From Longimicrobiales bacterium (GTDB taxonomy: Bacteria; Gemmatimonadota; Gemmatimonadetes; Longimicrobiales; Gaopeijiaceae), in NCBI GenBank assembly GCA_965226375.1, contig CBDDCX010000008.1, positions 1,152,001-1,216,000 of the forward strand: a stretch of DNA of 64,000 bases. The letters are read 5' to 3'. The translations under genes were made by a program, and so were the position numbers. Shown here in pieces: positions 18,405 to 28,080 of the stretch. The notes under the pieces are model-generated. The model made no database searches, was not told the DNA's origin, and worked only from the letters and a program-made list of their open reading frames with translations. How positions within the stretch are numbered: the stretch's first letter is position 1; each line of letters begins with the position of its first letter.

Positions 18405-19850
18405 TCAGGCGGGCACTGAAGCAGCTGTGTCGTACTGCTTCAAGAAGTCCGGATTGTGGGTCGCGATCTCGCCGTAGACCCTCAAGCATGTATCGGTCCA
18501 ACTACGCACCCAATCGCAGTAGTGGAGATTCGGCGTTGCCGTGGTGCCGTACCGTGTGTTGGCCTCATGGTAACACCCTCCAGCGCACAAGGGACGGGCC
18601 CAACATGTGTGGCAATCCGTCTTGTGAGCAATGTGATGCGTCTCCAGGAATCGACGTTGTACTTCGCGATCCAGGCCGTCCTGTACCGTACCGATCTTGT
18701 GGTCGTCCGAGCCGGCGAAACGATGGCACAGCGCCACGTCGCCGTCTGTAGCCACTCCCACCAAGCCCAGGCCTGCACCACACGGAAACGCCTTGCTCAT
18801 GCCCTTGTGAATTTCGGCCAGGGTCTCGTTCAGATTGGAGAATCCATGGTGGCGATTCTCCAGAGCGGCCTCCTTGAACTCCTCGGCCAGTTCGTCGAAC
18901 TGCCCCAACATGTCGTAGTACTGGTCCCCCTCGATGGCATAGTCTCGCCCATCCGCGGTCGTCACCGGTGCGAAACCCACCGACCAGAATCCCATCTCGT
19001 CCGTGAGGTGCCGAAAAATCTTCATGACGTTCAGGTTCTGCTTGGTCAGCGTCACCCTCGCACCGATCGGACGTGTGTTGTGGCGCTTCAGCAGCTCTTT
19101 GATTTTGGGCAACACCAACTCGTAGCTGCCCATCCCGTTGCTGAAGACGCGAAACTGGTCCTGAGACTCCTTGGGCCCGTCGATGGAGATGGTCACACCC
19201 ACTTCGTTGTCCACTAGCCACTCGATGACCTCGGGGCGCAGCAGGGTGGCGTTGGTCGTCAGGCTGAACTGCACCCCCTTCCCCAGAACGGCCGCCCTCT
19301 CATTGGCGTAGGCCAGGGTCTTCTTCAAGACCTTGAAGTTGAGGAGCGTCTCCCCACCGAAAAACGTCAGATTGGCCACATCGTTGTCGCCCGACTCCTT
19401 GAACATGAAGTCGACCGACTCACGCGCCGTCTCTTCCGTCATGAACTTCGGTTTCTTCCCGTTCTCCGTGTCGACAATCTTGTCCTCGCCGTACTCGTAG
19501 CAGTACGTGCACGCCAGGTTACACTTGTTGGTGACGTTGAGGACCATGGTGGTCAGCGGAAAATTGTCCGGCGGAATCACCGGTAGAGACTTCGTAGGAG
19601 GCAGGCGCACGTCGCCGATCGCCCGAATATCCTGGAGCTCTTCGACCGCGTTGGCCACCTCGCCCGCCCCAAAACGATCCGTGAGCGACTCGGTCAGCTC
19701 TTCCACGGACATTGGACCCTCATCCAGGGCCCTCAGCACCTCCCAGGACGGCTCGTCGACATGGAAGACGCCGGCACTGGGCACCATATACAGGAAGTGC
19801 TCCCCGGCCGCCTCAAAAGGATGAAACTCACGTAAGCCCAAAGCGTTCAT
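18405..19850 (-). CDS. qhpD: Radical SAM/SPASM thioether-forming maturase
   Basis: CNLACTYC, FFGGE, CGAG, CHRF, CxxCWARPLCAGGC; ATG at 19850 overlaps the qhpA stop. Confidence 0.95.
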   Translation of the reverse strand: MNALGLREFHPFEAAGEHFLYMVPSAGVFHVDEPSWEVLRALDEGPMSVEELTESLTDRFGAGEVANAVEELQDIRAIGDVRLPPTKSLPVIPPDNFPLTTMVLNVTNKCNLACTYCYEYGEDKIVDTENGKKPKFMTEETARESVDFMFKESGDNDVANLTFFGGETLLNFKVLKKTLAYANERAAVLGKGVQFSLTTNATLLRPEVIEWLVDNEVGVTISIDGPKESQDQFRVFSNGMGSYELVLPKIKELLKRHNTRPIGARVTLTKQNLNVMKIFRHLTDEMGFWSVGFAPVTTADGRDYAIEGDQYYDMLGQFDELAEEFKEAALENRHHGFSNLNETLAEIHKGMSKAFPCGAGLGLVGVATDGDVALCHRFAGSDDHKIGTVQDGLDREVQRRFLETHHIAHKTDCHTCWARPLCAGGCYHEANTRYGTTATPNLHYCDWVRSWTDTCLRVYGEIATHNPDFLKQYDTAASVPA

Positions 19851-21571
19851 CGAATATCTCCCCAAGGATCCCAGCGCATGTAGAGAGGCACTGTGACTAT
19901 GAGATGGCTGCGGGCCCTCAGGGGCCGCTCGGACGGTGCACCATCCGGCTGGAGGCTAGCCACCACCCAGACGTCACCGATGTTGTTGCGATCGCCGATC
20001 CGTTCGGGGTTGGGACCGTCGACGGCCGGCGTGAACAGCCCATCCTGGTCGATCGTGCCGACGTACTCGATGTCATGGTCCACAAAAGTGGCGGAGTACT
20101 CCTCGATGGACCACGTGGCATCGACCACGCCGAGGTCGACGTCGTCATCGGTGTTCGTCTTCCCGTCCGGCCCGTCGTGGTATGCCCGTGCCTCGAACTG
20201 TACGTAACCCTTCGGCATGGCCACACCGCCGACGCGCGCCATACCCCATTCGGGACTTACTCGGATCGAGTTGATTTCGTCATAGACGACGCCAGCCTCG
20301 GGAAGGCGGGCGCCGGCCACATAGATGTCCCGAGGCCCCACTAAAGCGTCGGCGTCGACATCCACGCGGAGGGTCGTCACACCCTCATTGGCAGACACGA
20401 CCTGACGCACGGTGATGCCGGGTCCGAGGTCGACCGCATCCTGGGCAAGAACTTCGGGAAGGTTGGCACCGAAGATCGTCACGGTCTGGTCGCGGGTGCC
20501 GATCTTCAGCGCCCGGGGCTCCATGCCGGCCACGACCGGATCCCTTCTCACCCGCTGGAAACGCACATCGAACCCGAACTCATCGTAGTCGCCGGCGAAC
20601 CAGCGCCCGGAGATTTCTTCCCAATCACGTTCGACGATCAGCACTTCGCGGAGAGGATCGAGTCCCGTATCGAGCGTAGAACGGCCCCGCCACTGGTAGC
20701 CCGTGTACACCGTGGTGCTACCCTGCCGGGTAACCGTGCGGCCCGAGCGGGCATAGGCGAGGGTGGTCGTGGTCGTGAACTGGTCATCCGAACCCGGCAC
20801 GGCTTCGATCACCGCGGTGCCGAAGAGGCGGCCATACCCGGTCTGGGTGGCCGAGACCACCCACGTCCCAGCGAGACGCGCGGGCCGCATGGTGGCCGAC
20901 CAATCCGTCCACTCGGGGGTCTCGAGCGGGAACACCTCGGAGAGGTGAGCTACGGCCTTATCCATCGGGTGACGAGTGTCGTCCGGCGCGCGCGGGCTGC
21001 CCGGTGGCGGGCCCCTATAGAGCAATCCGGTGCCCTGACTCTCCGAGACAGGATAGAGGCCCCGGTGCGTGGCCATGAGCAGGTCCCACTCCTCTTTGGT
21101 CCGGCGCTGGGTGATCACCCGTCCCATCGAGTGACACTGCGAGCACGTCGCTTCGACACCACTGTCGGCCTCGTAGTCGTAGTCGATCATCCGGCGTTCG
21201 ACCTCGAAGTTACCGGGGCGCAGCTCTTCCGGGGCAAGACCATGGTTGTTGGACAGGTATCGTACGATCTCGCGTGCCGCCGCCGGATCTACATTGACTT
21301 CGTTCAGTGCGATCATCCTGCGAAGCGAACTCTGCCACCCTTCCGGCGTCTTCCGCAGGTAGGAAAGTCGGGTCATCCGTCCCGAGTCGTCTCGCGTATG
21401 GCACGCGGAACAGTTCTGGATGACTGCCGGGTTGTCGATGGGAATCCCGGCGGCCTCTCGGTCCGAGTCGGACGCGGACTGCCCCGGACCGGCGGCGGGA
21501 ACCGGGACAAGAGCCAACCCGCCGACGAGCGCCAGAGTGGCGGAAATTCGTGTGCCTGCGAGTTCCTTCAT
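19847..21571 (-). CDS. qhpA: Quinohemoprotein amine dehydrogenase alpha subunit (di-heme c)
   Basis: Two CxxCH motifs (CSACH, CSQCH), RKTPEGW, GPNPER, NNIG. Confidence 0.95.
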   Translation of the reverse strand: MKELAGTRISATLALVGGLALVPVPAAGPGQSASDSDREAAGIPIDNPAVIQNCSACHTRDDSGRMTRLSYLRKTPEGWQSSLRRMIALNEVNVDPAAAREIVRYLSNNHGLAPEELRPGNFEVERRMIDYDYEADSGVEATCSQCHSMGRVITQRRTKEEWDLLMATHRGLYPVSESQGTGLLYRGPPPGSPRAPDDTRHPMDKAVAHLSEVFPLETPEWTDWSATMRPARLAGTWVVSATQTGYGRLFGTAVIEAVPGSDDQFTTTTTLAYARSGRTVTRQGSTTVYTGYQWRGRSTLDTGLDPLREVLIVERDWEEISGRWFAGDYDEFGFDVRFQRVRRDPVVAGMEPRALKIGTRDQTVTIFGANLPEVLAQDAVDLGPGITVRQVVSANEGVTTLRVDVDADALVGPRDIYVAGARLPEAGVVYDEINSIRVSPEWGMARVGGVAMPKGYVQFEARAYHDGPDGKTNTDDDVDLGVVDATWSIEEYSATFVDHDIEYVGTIDQDGLFTPAVDGPNPERIGDRNNIGDVWVVASLQPDGAPSERPLRARSHLIVTVPLYMRWDPWGDIR

Positions 21572-21678
21572 ACCAAGCCCTATCCGTTGGCGGCCCACAC
21601 GTCTGGGAATCCCCTATGATCTCGTCCACAGAATACGAGGGAGACGCAGGTCAGGCGAGGGTTACGTGGATGGGGAGG

Positions 21679-23208
21679 TCAGTCACGATCGGCACGGTTG
21701 ACCAGGATACCCCGCGACAGCAACACCGAGAGGGCACCGATGAAGTCGGGGAGAATGACGGCCTTGTCGAGCCGACAATAGGCTTCGAACAGATCCGGCA
21801 CCTGCGAATACTCTCCGGCAATTTCCAGGACTCGCCGCACGTCGACCCCCCTCAGGTATCGAAGGCCTGAAGGTGCGGAGGGTGAGGCGAGCCGCTGCTC
21901 GAGGACCACTTCGTTGCCGACGATGACCGGACGATCCACGACCGTCAGGTCATCACCTTCCACAAGGTTGATCGCTGAGCTCCTGCGCAGTGCGTCGAAG
22001 GCGGCAAGAACCGACGGGTCGTTACGGAGTTGTTCGATATCAGGCTCTCCGTCCTCGTCGAACGCATCCGGACCTTCCTGCTCCTGTCCTCTCCGGTCCC
22101 AGAAGGCGTGCCGGTGATCCTGGCCGGCGGCTCGAAACACCTCGGCAGACTGATCCTTATAGCTGGAGTAGACGCGACGCTCACGGCCCTCGTGTAGTTC
22201 CACGGCGGCCGCTTCCATATCGGGCTTCTCCAGCACCGTGTGCACCACAACCGCTGCCCGCCATGCGGAGGCGAGCGCCTTCTTCACACCGAACGACGAG
22301 ACCGGATCCAAGGCCGTGGCCGCATCCCCCACCAGGAGGATGCGTCCCTCAGCGTATCGAGAAGCGGAGTACATGGATGCGCTACACGCCCATGCGTCTC
22401 CCTCCATGCTCGCCCCTTCGAGAATGGCCACCATCCGCTCAGCCTTGGTCAACTCGGACCGATAGATGGACCCTAGCTCTTTGCTGCGTTCCATCTCCGT
22501 CACCCTGGGGTCGACCATGACCGTGAAGTAACGGACCTGATCATCGACGGGAACGGACCATGCCCAGCCGTCGGCAAAGCTCTCGACAAGCGTGTGGGTT
22601 TGGTCTGGAATAGGCCAACCCTCTGCCCGGCGCCACACTCCTACCAAGGCCAGGGTGGCTTGGCCTTCCGTCTGCCGCCGATAGTTGCGTGCGACGACCC
22701 CTGAGCGGCCAGAGCAATCGAGCACCCAGCCCGCCCGGACGACCTGAGTCGAGCCCGCGGCTGTCGCACCCCCAATCGTATAAGCGATTCGGTGAACGTC
22801 ACCGTCGAGTTCCACATCCCTGACGGTGGCGTCGCCCTCTACCCGAGCTCCGGCCTGGGCGACCAAAGCGAGAAGAACTCGGTCGAGGTCGGACCGCAGA
22901 ATTTGGAACCCGGTCTCCCCTTCGGGAAACGCCTCCACCCGCCCCTCAGACTGGCCCCACCATACCGTGTGCCCCGTGCTCCGAACGAAGCCTGCGGCTT
23001 CCACGGCCTGCAGAGCACCCACCCTATCGAGAATCTTGCGAGTGCTCGGTGGAAGGGACTCCCCCAGTAAGGAGGACTGCGATCCGGGCCGAGTGAGGAC
23101 GATGACGGAGTGTCCCCACTGGGCGAGAAGGCGTGCCGCTGCCGACCCCGCCGGGCCACCACCAATTACGGCGACGTCTACGTCGAGAGTCGGTGGATGC
23201 CCTTTCAC
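21679..23208 (-). CDS. qhpG: FAD-dependent monooxygenase (CTQ tryptophan hydroxylase)
   Basis: GGGPAG, DCSGR, GWAW, VGDAA..DP.SS.G; first gene of the qhp cluster. Confidence 0.85.
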   Translation of the reverse strand: MKGHPPTLDVDVAVIGGGPAGSAAARLLAQWGHSVIVLTRPGSQSSLLGESLPPSTRKILDRVGALQAVEAAGFVRSTGHTVWWGQSEGRVEAFPEGETGFQILRSDLDRVLLALVAQAGARVEGDATVRDVELDGDVHRIAYTIGGATAAGSTQVVRAGWVLDCSGRSGVVARNYRRQTEGQATLALVGVWRRAEGWPIPDQTHTLVESFADGWAWSVPVDDQVRYFTVMVDPRVTEMERSKELGSIYRSELTKAERMVAILEGASMEGDAWACSASMYSASRYAEGRILLVGDAATALDPVSSFGVKKALASAWRAAVVVHTVLEKPDMEAAAVELHEGRERRVYSSYKDQSAEVFRAAGQDHRHAFWDRRGQEQEGPDAFDEDGEPDIEQLRNDPSVLAAFDALRRSSAINLVEGDDLTVVDRPVIVGNEVVLEQRLASPSAPSGLRYLRGVDVRRVLEIAGEYSQVPDLFEAYCRLDKAVILPDFIGALSVLLSRGILVNRADRD

Positions 23209-23575
23209 TCGCTGCTCCGATTACCTCTCGATGCCACGTTGGACCAGTCGACGCCAGGCCATGCTGTCAGCTCCAAGAGGGTGATAACGCTGTACGACGG
23301 GAGGCGAACCGAATCGCCGATCACCTCTGTTGTGGGAAGGGCGGGACAAGGCTCGCCATGAGTCTAGTGAAACGACCAGAAGGGAGGCAACAACGGGCGG
23401 CACACTCCCCATAAAAGGTCGAGACCGTCCCCAGTGGCACTGGGAAGTTTGTTGCGCTGACGGGGGTGCGCCACCGATGATGGGACGGATACGGCAGTAG
23501 AAATGGGAGTTAAAGAGCCTCGCTTCGGGTAAGCCGGTGGGCCCCTCACAGATACCTGAAATCAGATGACCGCAT

Positions 23576-24577
23576 TTGAGTTCCTATCGGTCGCGCTGTC
23601 CTTCGTTCTGGGCTTGGCGGTCACAAGGAGCGGGTTGGGAGTTGACCCTTATCGCACAATGGCCTGAACTCGGTTACGACCGGTGGAGCGAGACCTTGGA
23701 AACGCTCCATATGTGGAGCCAGATCGTCGGCAAGGTCCGCCTGGAATGCACGCCGTGGACGAACCACTCGTGGCACGTCCCTCTCTACGTTACTCCGAGC
23801 GGGCTGACGACTTCGACGATTCACCATGGAGCCGGTCAGTTCGACATTGAGTTCGATTTCAGCCAGCACGACTTGACTGTCCGGACCGGCGATGGACAAC
23901 GCCGGACCTTGGCACTCCGTCCTCGGACGGTGGCTTCCTTCTATGAGGCACTGCCAAGGTACCTCGATGAGCTGGGATTCCCCGTACGAATCTACGAAGT
24001 ACCCAGCGAGGTCATTGATCCGATCCGGTTCTCGGAAGACACAGTCCATGGCGCCTACGATCCAGCGGCGGCTGCTCGTTTTGCTCAAGTTCTGAATCAA
24101 GCAGTCCGAGTCTTCACGGAGTTCCGTGCGCAGTTTCTCGGCAAGTGCAGCCCGGTTCACTTCTTCTGGGGCAGCTTCGATCTCGCGGTAACCCGTTTTT
24201 CGGGGCGGAAGGCACCGGACCATCCGGGTGGCGTTCCCGGGCTGCCGGATTGGGTGACCCGGGAGGCGTACTCACACGAGGTGTACAGCTGCGGCTTCTG
24301 GCCTGGCGGGCCATCGAGTCCCTCAGCCGCCTTCTACGCATACGCCTACCCGGTCCCCGACGGCCTGAGCGAAGCTTCCATCGCACCCCCGCAAGCGTTC
24401 TGGAGTGGCGAGATGGGTGAGTTCTTCCTCCCGTACGAAGCGGTGCGGACGGCCGATGACCCCGCCGATGTGCTGATGAGCTTTCTCCAAGACACCTACC
24501 AGGCCGTCGCCGATTTAGGAAATTGGAATCGCGGGGAACTCGAGGTTGCCGATGGATTTCCTCATGCGAAGACTTGA
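23576..24577 (+). CDS. DUF5996-family protein
   Basis: TLHMWSQIVGK, NHSWHV, SPVHFFWGSFDLAVTRFSGR, AYSHEV..CGFWPG; true start probably near 23640. Confidence 0.85.
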   Translation: MSSYRSRCPSFWAWRSQGAGWELTLIAQWPELGYDRWSETLETLHMWSQIVGKVRLECTPWTNHSWHVPLYVTPSGLTTSTIHHGAGQFDIEFDFSQHDLTVRTGDGQRRTLALRPRTVASFYEALPRYLDELGFPVRIYEVPSEVIDPIRFSEDTVHGAYDPAAAARFAQVLNQAVRVFTEFRAQFLGKCSPVHFFWGSFDLAVTRFSGRKAPDHPGGVPGLPDWVTREAYSHEVYSCGFWPGGPSSPSAAFYAYAYPVPDGLSEASIAPPQAFWSGEMGEFFLPYEAVRTADDPADVLMSFLQDTYQAVADLGNWNRGELEVADGFPHAKT

Positions 24578-24759
24578 TCAAGCCAGCCGAGGTGCACGGC
24601 GATCCGTGGGCAACCGTTAGATCGGTTTCGCAGCCACGCGCTTGGCCGAAACTGTGGCGCCTCCAAGCTCGCGCGTCGCTGCGGCAGCCACCAGATTGAG
24701 GAATGCAGGTGCCGGGCGCGTATCAGGTTGTGACCCTCACACCCACTGTCCCCGAGTAA

Positions 24760-25554
24760 ATGGCTGACGAACGCAAGTACCAGGACGACGAGGTCAAGGA
24801 GATCTTCGACCTCGCAATCGGCGAGGACCCTATCGGGCGCCCCCCCACATCCGATGAGGCTGGGTTATCGCTTTCGGAACTCCAGGAAGTCGGACTCGAA
24901 GTCGGCATGGAGCCTGAGCGAATCGCGGAAGCGGCCTTGGCTGTCGACAGCAGGCGGGGCATTCTGCCGAGCCGAAGGTACTTGGGCATGCCCATTTCCG
25001 TGGGCCGAGTCGTCGAGTTGCCTGGGCCCGTGACCGATCAGGAATGGCAGTTGCTGGTCGCGGAGTTTCGAGAGGTATTCGGCGCGAGAGGCCGAATTGC
25101 GTCCCACGGAGGTGTTCGCGAGTGGACCAACGGTAACCTGCATGCACTAGTGGAGCCGACTGCGACCGGCCATCGCTTGCGGCTGGGCACGCTCAAGGGA
25201 GGTGCCAAGGCCTTGATGACGATGGGAGTCGCCGGTCTTGCGAGCGGGCTGACCCTACTCACGGTGTTCCTGACCACGGGCGTATCGGCCGTGAACATGG
25301 AAGTCGCCATGATGATGTTAGTGGGTGCGGGTGGAGCGGCTTTGACCTCGAATGTACTTAGTCTCCCCCGCTGGGCTCGTGCGCGAAAGGGGCAAATGGA
25401 ATACATCGCCGGTCGCGTTGGCGCGTTGGTTGGAGCGCCCCCGCACGTCGGTGTAAAACCGGCGTGCGCGGCCCTCGAGGTCTCCCGATCGGAGGAGTCT
25501 AACCTAGAGAAGAACAGCAGTTACTCCGCACCCGAGTCAGGAAGCATCGAATGA
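24760..25554 (+). CDS. Hypothetical membrane protein with a C-terminal transposase-derived patch
   Basis: LSELQEVGLEVG N-terminal motif and two TM segments; 25443-25491 identical to IS orfB. Confidence 0.75.
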   Translation: MADERKYQDDEVKEIFDLAIGEDPIGRPPTSDEAGLSLSELQEVGLEVGMEPERIAEAALAVDSRRGILPSRRYLGMPISVGRVVELPGPVTDQEWQLLVAEFREVFGARGRIASHGGVREWTNGNLHALVEPTATGHRLRLGTLKGGAKALMTMGVAGLASGLTLLTVFLTTGVSAVNMEVAMMMLVGAGGAALTSNVLSLPRWARARKGQMEYIAGRVGALVGAPPHVGVKPACAALEVSRSEESNLEKNSSYSAPESGSIE

Positions 25555-26717
25555 CGACAACGCGACGTGACTTCATCGCACGTTCGGCAGCCGCCTACGG
25601 CGCGCTCACGCTGGGCCTTCCCGATGCGGTGCTCGGCGGGGCTCTACACCCGGTCAAAGGGCCGAGTCAGACCCCCCTCCGCATTCTCTTCATCGGGGGT
25701 ACGGGCTTCATCGGTCCCCACATGGTGGAGGCGGCCATGGCGGCCGGACACACGCCGACTTTGTTCAACCGAGGACGCACCAATCCGCACCTCTTCCCGG
25801 ACGTCGAGAAGCTCAAGGGAGATCGGGACGGTGGGTTGGGCGTCCTCGAGGGCCGCGAGTGGGATGCCGTTATCGATACCTCGGGCTACGTGCCCCGGCT
25901 GGTCCGGGACTCCGCAGAGCTCCTGAAGGACGTCGTGGACCAATACCTCTACATATCGACCACAGACGCCTACCGGACCTATAACATCGTCGACATGGAC
26001 GAGGACGATCCGATGGCCGTCCTCGAGGATCCGTCGACCGAGGACGTGGGCTCATTCTACGGGCCTCTCAAGGCCCAATGTGAGCAATGTGAGCGGGAGG
26101 TACTGGAGGTCTATCCGGATCGCACGACGATCGTACGTCCTACGTGGATCGTCGGCCCCGGAGATCGCTCGACCCATTTCTCGTATTGGTTGCAACGCAT
26201 CAACGGCGGCGGCGAGGTCCTGGCTCCCGGCGACCCAACCGATCCAGTCCAGATCATCGACGCGAGGGACCTGGCCGACTTCGTCGTCCACCTTCTCAAC
26301 GAGAGGACGTTCGGCACATACAACGCCGTCGGGCCCGAGGCCGAGCTTTCCATCGCCGAGTTCCTATACGGGATCCGTGCCGTGACGACCGCCCCGACAC
26401 GCTTCACTTGGGTCGACGCCGACTTCTTGAAGGAAAACGAGGTCCACGCGTGGAGAGATCTCCCACTCTGGTGGCCTCCTCGTGACGACTATCCGCCCAC
26501 CCCGGGAATGAGCATCGGAGGTGGTACCGGGTTCGGACTCATCAGCCGTGAGCGGTCGGTCGCCGCCGGACTCAGGTTCCGGCCCCTGGCCGTCACCGCC
26601 AAGGAGACGCTGGACTGGTTCATGACGTGGGCTGACGAGTGGGAAACACGGCAGCGCTCGGGTCTGACGTTGGGGCGCGAGGCGGAGATCCTGGCTGCCT
26701 GGCACGCGAGGGGCTAG
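25551..26717 (+). CDS. Tat-exported NAD-dependent epimerase/dehydratase (atypical SDR)
   Basis: TRRDF Tat motif, GGTGFIG, YGPLK. Confidence 0.9.
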   Translation: MTTTRRDFIARSAAAYGALTLGLPDAVLGGALHPVKGPSQTPLRILFIGGTGFIGPHMVEAAMAAGHTPTLFNRGRTNPHLFPDVEKLKGDRDGGLGVLEGREWDAVIDTSGYVPRLVRDSAELLKDVVDQYLYISTTDAYRTYNIVDMDEDDPMAVLEDPSTEDVGSFYGPLKAQCEQCEREVLEVYPDRTTIVRPTWIVGPGDRSTHFSYWLQRINGGGEVLAPGDPTDPVQIIDARDLADFVVHLLNERTFGTYNAVGPEAELSIAEFLYGIRAVTTAPTRFTWVDADFLKENEVHAWRDLPLWWPPRDDYPPTPGMSIGGGTGFGLISRERSVAAGLRFRPLAVTAKETLDWFMTWADEWETRQRSGLTLGREAEILAAWHARG

Positions 26718-28051
26718 CGGATTCGCCAACCGTTCACGGGCCCGCCGTGGAAGAACTTTTCGGGCGTCATGACGCCGCCCTGCTTGAACACCACGCCGTC
26801 CTTCATGACGAACTGAACGTCGCGTAGCGCGTTGATGTCCTCCAGTGGATTACCCGACACGGCGATCAGGTCGGCGGCCAATCCGGTCCGGATCGGGCCG
26901 CGCTCGTCTTCCGTCTCGCTGACTCGGTAGCCATTGACGGTCATCGCCCGCAGGATGTCCACGTTCGGGATCCCGGCGTCTTGCCAGGTCAGAATGAACT
27001 CGATCGCAACTTCACCCCGGGTCATCCCCGGAACGTAGTAGTCGGCGTCGGTCGAGTACGTGAGAGGCACACCGTTTTCATAAGCGTTCTTGAGCCCGGC
27101 GAGCGTCCGCTCGTAGCGCCCTTCCGAGGTGTGCCCCACGAGAGTGATCGGAGTCTCCGTACCGGCGCGGAAGATCCCCTTCTCCGCCATGCGTTTGTGC
27201 ATCTCATCGTTCAAGCCGCTGTCGTGGGCGATGGACCAGATGCCGGCTTCGATGGCGCGGTCCGCTCCCCGCTCGGTCTGCACGTGACCCTCCACCTTGA
27301 GACCGATCTGCGCAGCCTCGTCGATGAAGAGCCGGATCTCGTCGACCGAGTAGCCCCACGGCTTGCAGTCCACGCAGATCTTGATGACGGTGGCGCCGAA
27401 GAGGGCGTTCTGCCGGACCGCCTTGATGATCTCGTCCCTGGTATCGGCGTCCAGGTACTCGGGATAGACGATGTTCCTGTCGATCGCCATCTCGGGCGGG
27501 GGTGAGAACTGCCCCCCCATGCCTCCGATGATGATGCCGGAGTTGATGATCATGGGCCCCGGAATCCACCCCTGCTCGATGGCCTGACGAAGCGCGGTGT
27601 CGGCGTAATTCCCGTTGTTGCCCATGTCGCGAACAATCGTGAACCCAGCCGAGAGCATCTGCATGCCGTTCGAGGCCGCCTGAATCGCGCGTAGGGCCGT
27701 GCTCTCCATGACATAGGTGAGGTAGTAGATGTTGCTCTCGGGATCTTCCTTGTAGGTGAGCGCGAGGTGGTTGTGCGCGTCCACCAAACCGGGAACGATC
27801 GTGAGCTCCGACAGGTCGATGACCTCGGCCCCGGAGGGGATCGTCACGTCCGCCCCGATGGCCTGGAACGTGCCACCCTCCACCAGGATGATCTGGTCAG
27901 TGGCGATCGTGCCCGCTTCGGGATCCACGAGACGACCCGCCCGAATCGCGGTCACCTGTGCTGCTGCCGTAGATGCTGAAACGGTGGACGCCGCGACCAG
28001 CAGCAATCCCGCAACGAACAGCTTATGCGTGGCCTTCACTACGATCGTCAT
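26714..28051 (-). CDS. Amidohydrolase family protein (secreted)
   Basis: PGLVDAHNH metal motif, STD, ADLIAV.GNPL; ATG at 28051. Confidence 0.9.
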   Translation of the reverse strand: MTIVVKATHKLFVAGLLLVAASTVSASTAAAQVTAIRAGRLVDPEAGTIATDQIILVEGGTFQAIGADVTIPSGAEVIDLSELTIVPGLVDAHNHLALTYKEDPESNIYYLTYVMESTALRAIQAASNGMQMLSAGFTIVRDMGNNGNYADTALRQAIEQGWIPGPMIINSGIIIGGMGGQFSPPPEMAIDRNIVYPEYLDADTRDEIIKAVRQNALFGATVIKICVDCKPWGYSVDEIRLFIDEAAQIGLKVEGHVQTERGADRAIEAGIWSIAHDSGLNDEMHKRMAEKGIFRAGTETPITLVGHTSEGRYERTLAGLKNAYENGVPLTYSTDADYYVPGMTRGEVAIEFILTWQDAGIPNVDILRAMTVNGYRVSETEDERGPIRTGLAADLIAVSGNPLEDINALRDVQFVMKDGVVFKQGGVMTPEKFFHGGPVNGWRIR

Positions 28052-28080
28052 CTCTCGACTCCCGCCGTTTTTTGTGCGAA

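Noticed and set aside
23429..23447. Palindrome cccagtg-g-cactggg upstream of qhpG as an operator
   Set aside because: Single short GC-rich palindrome with no second copy or cognate regulator; could be chance
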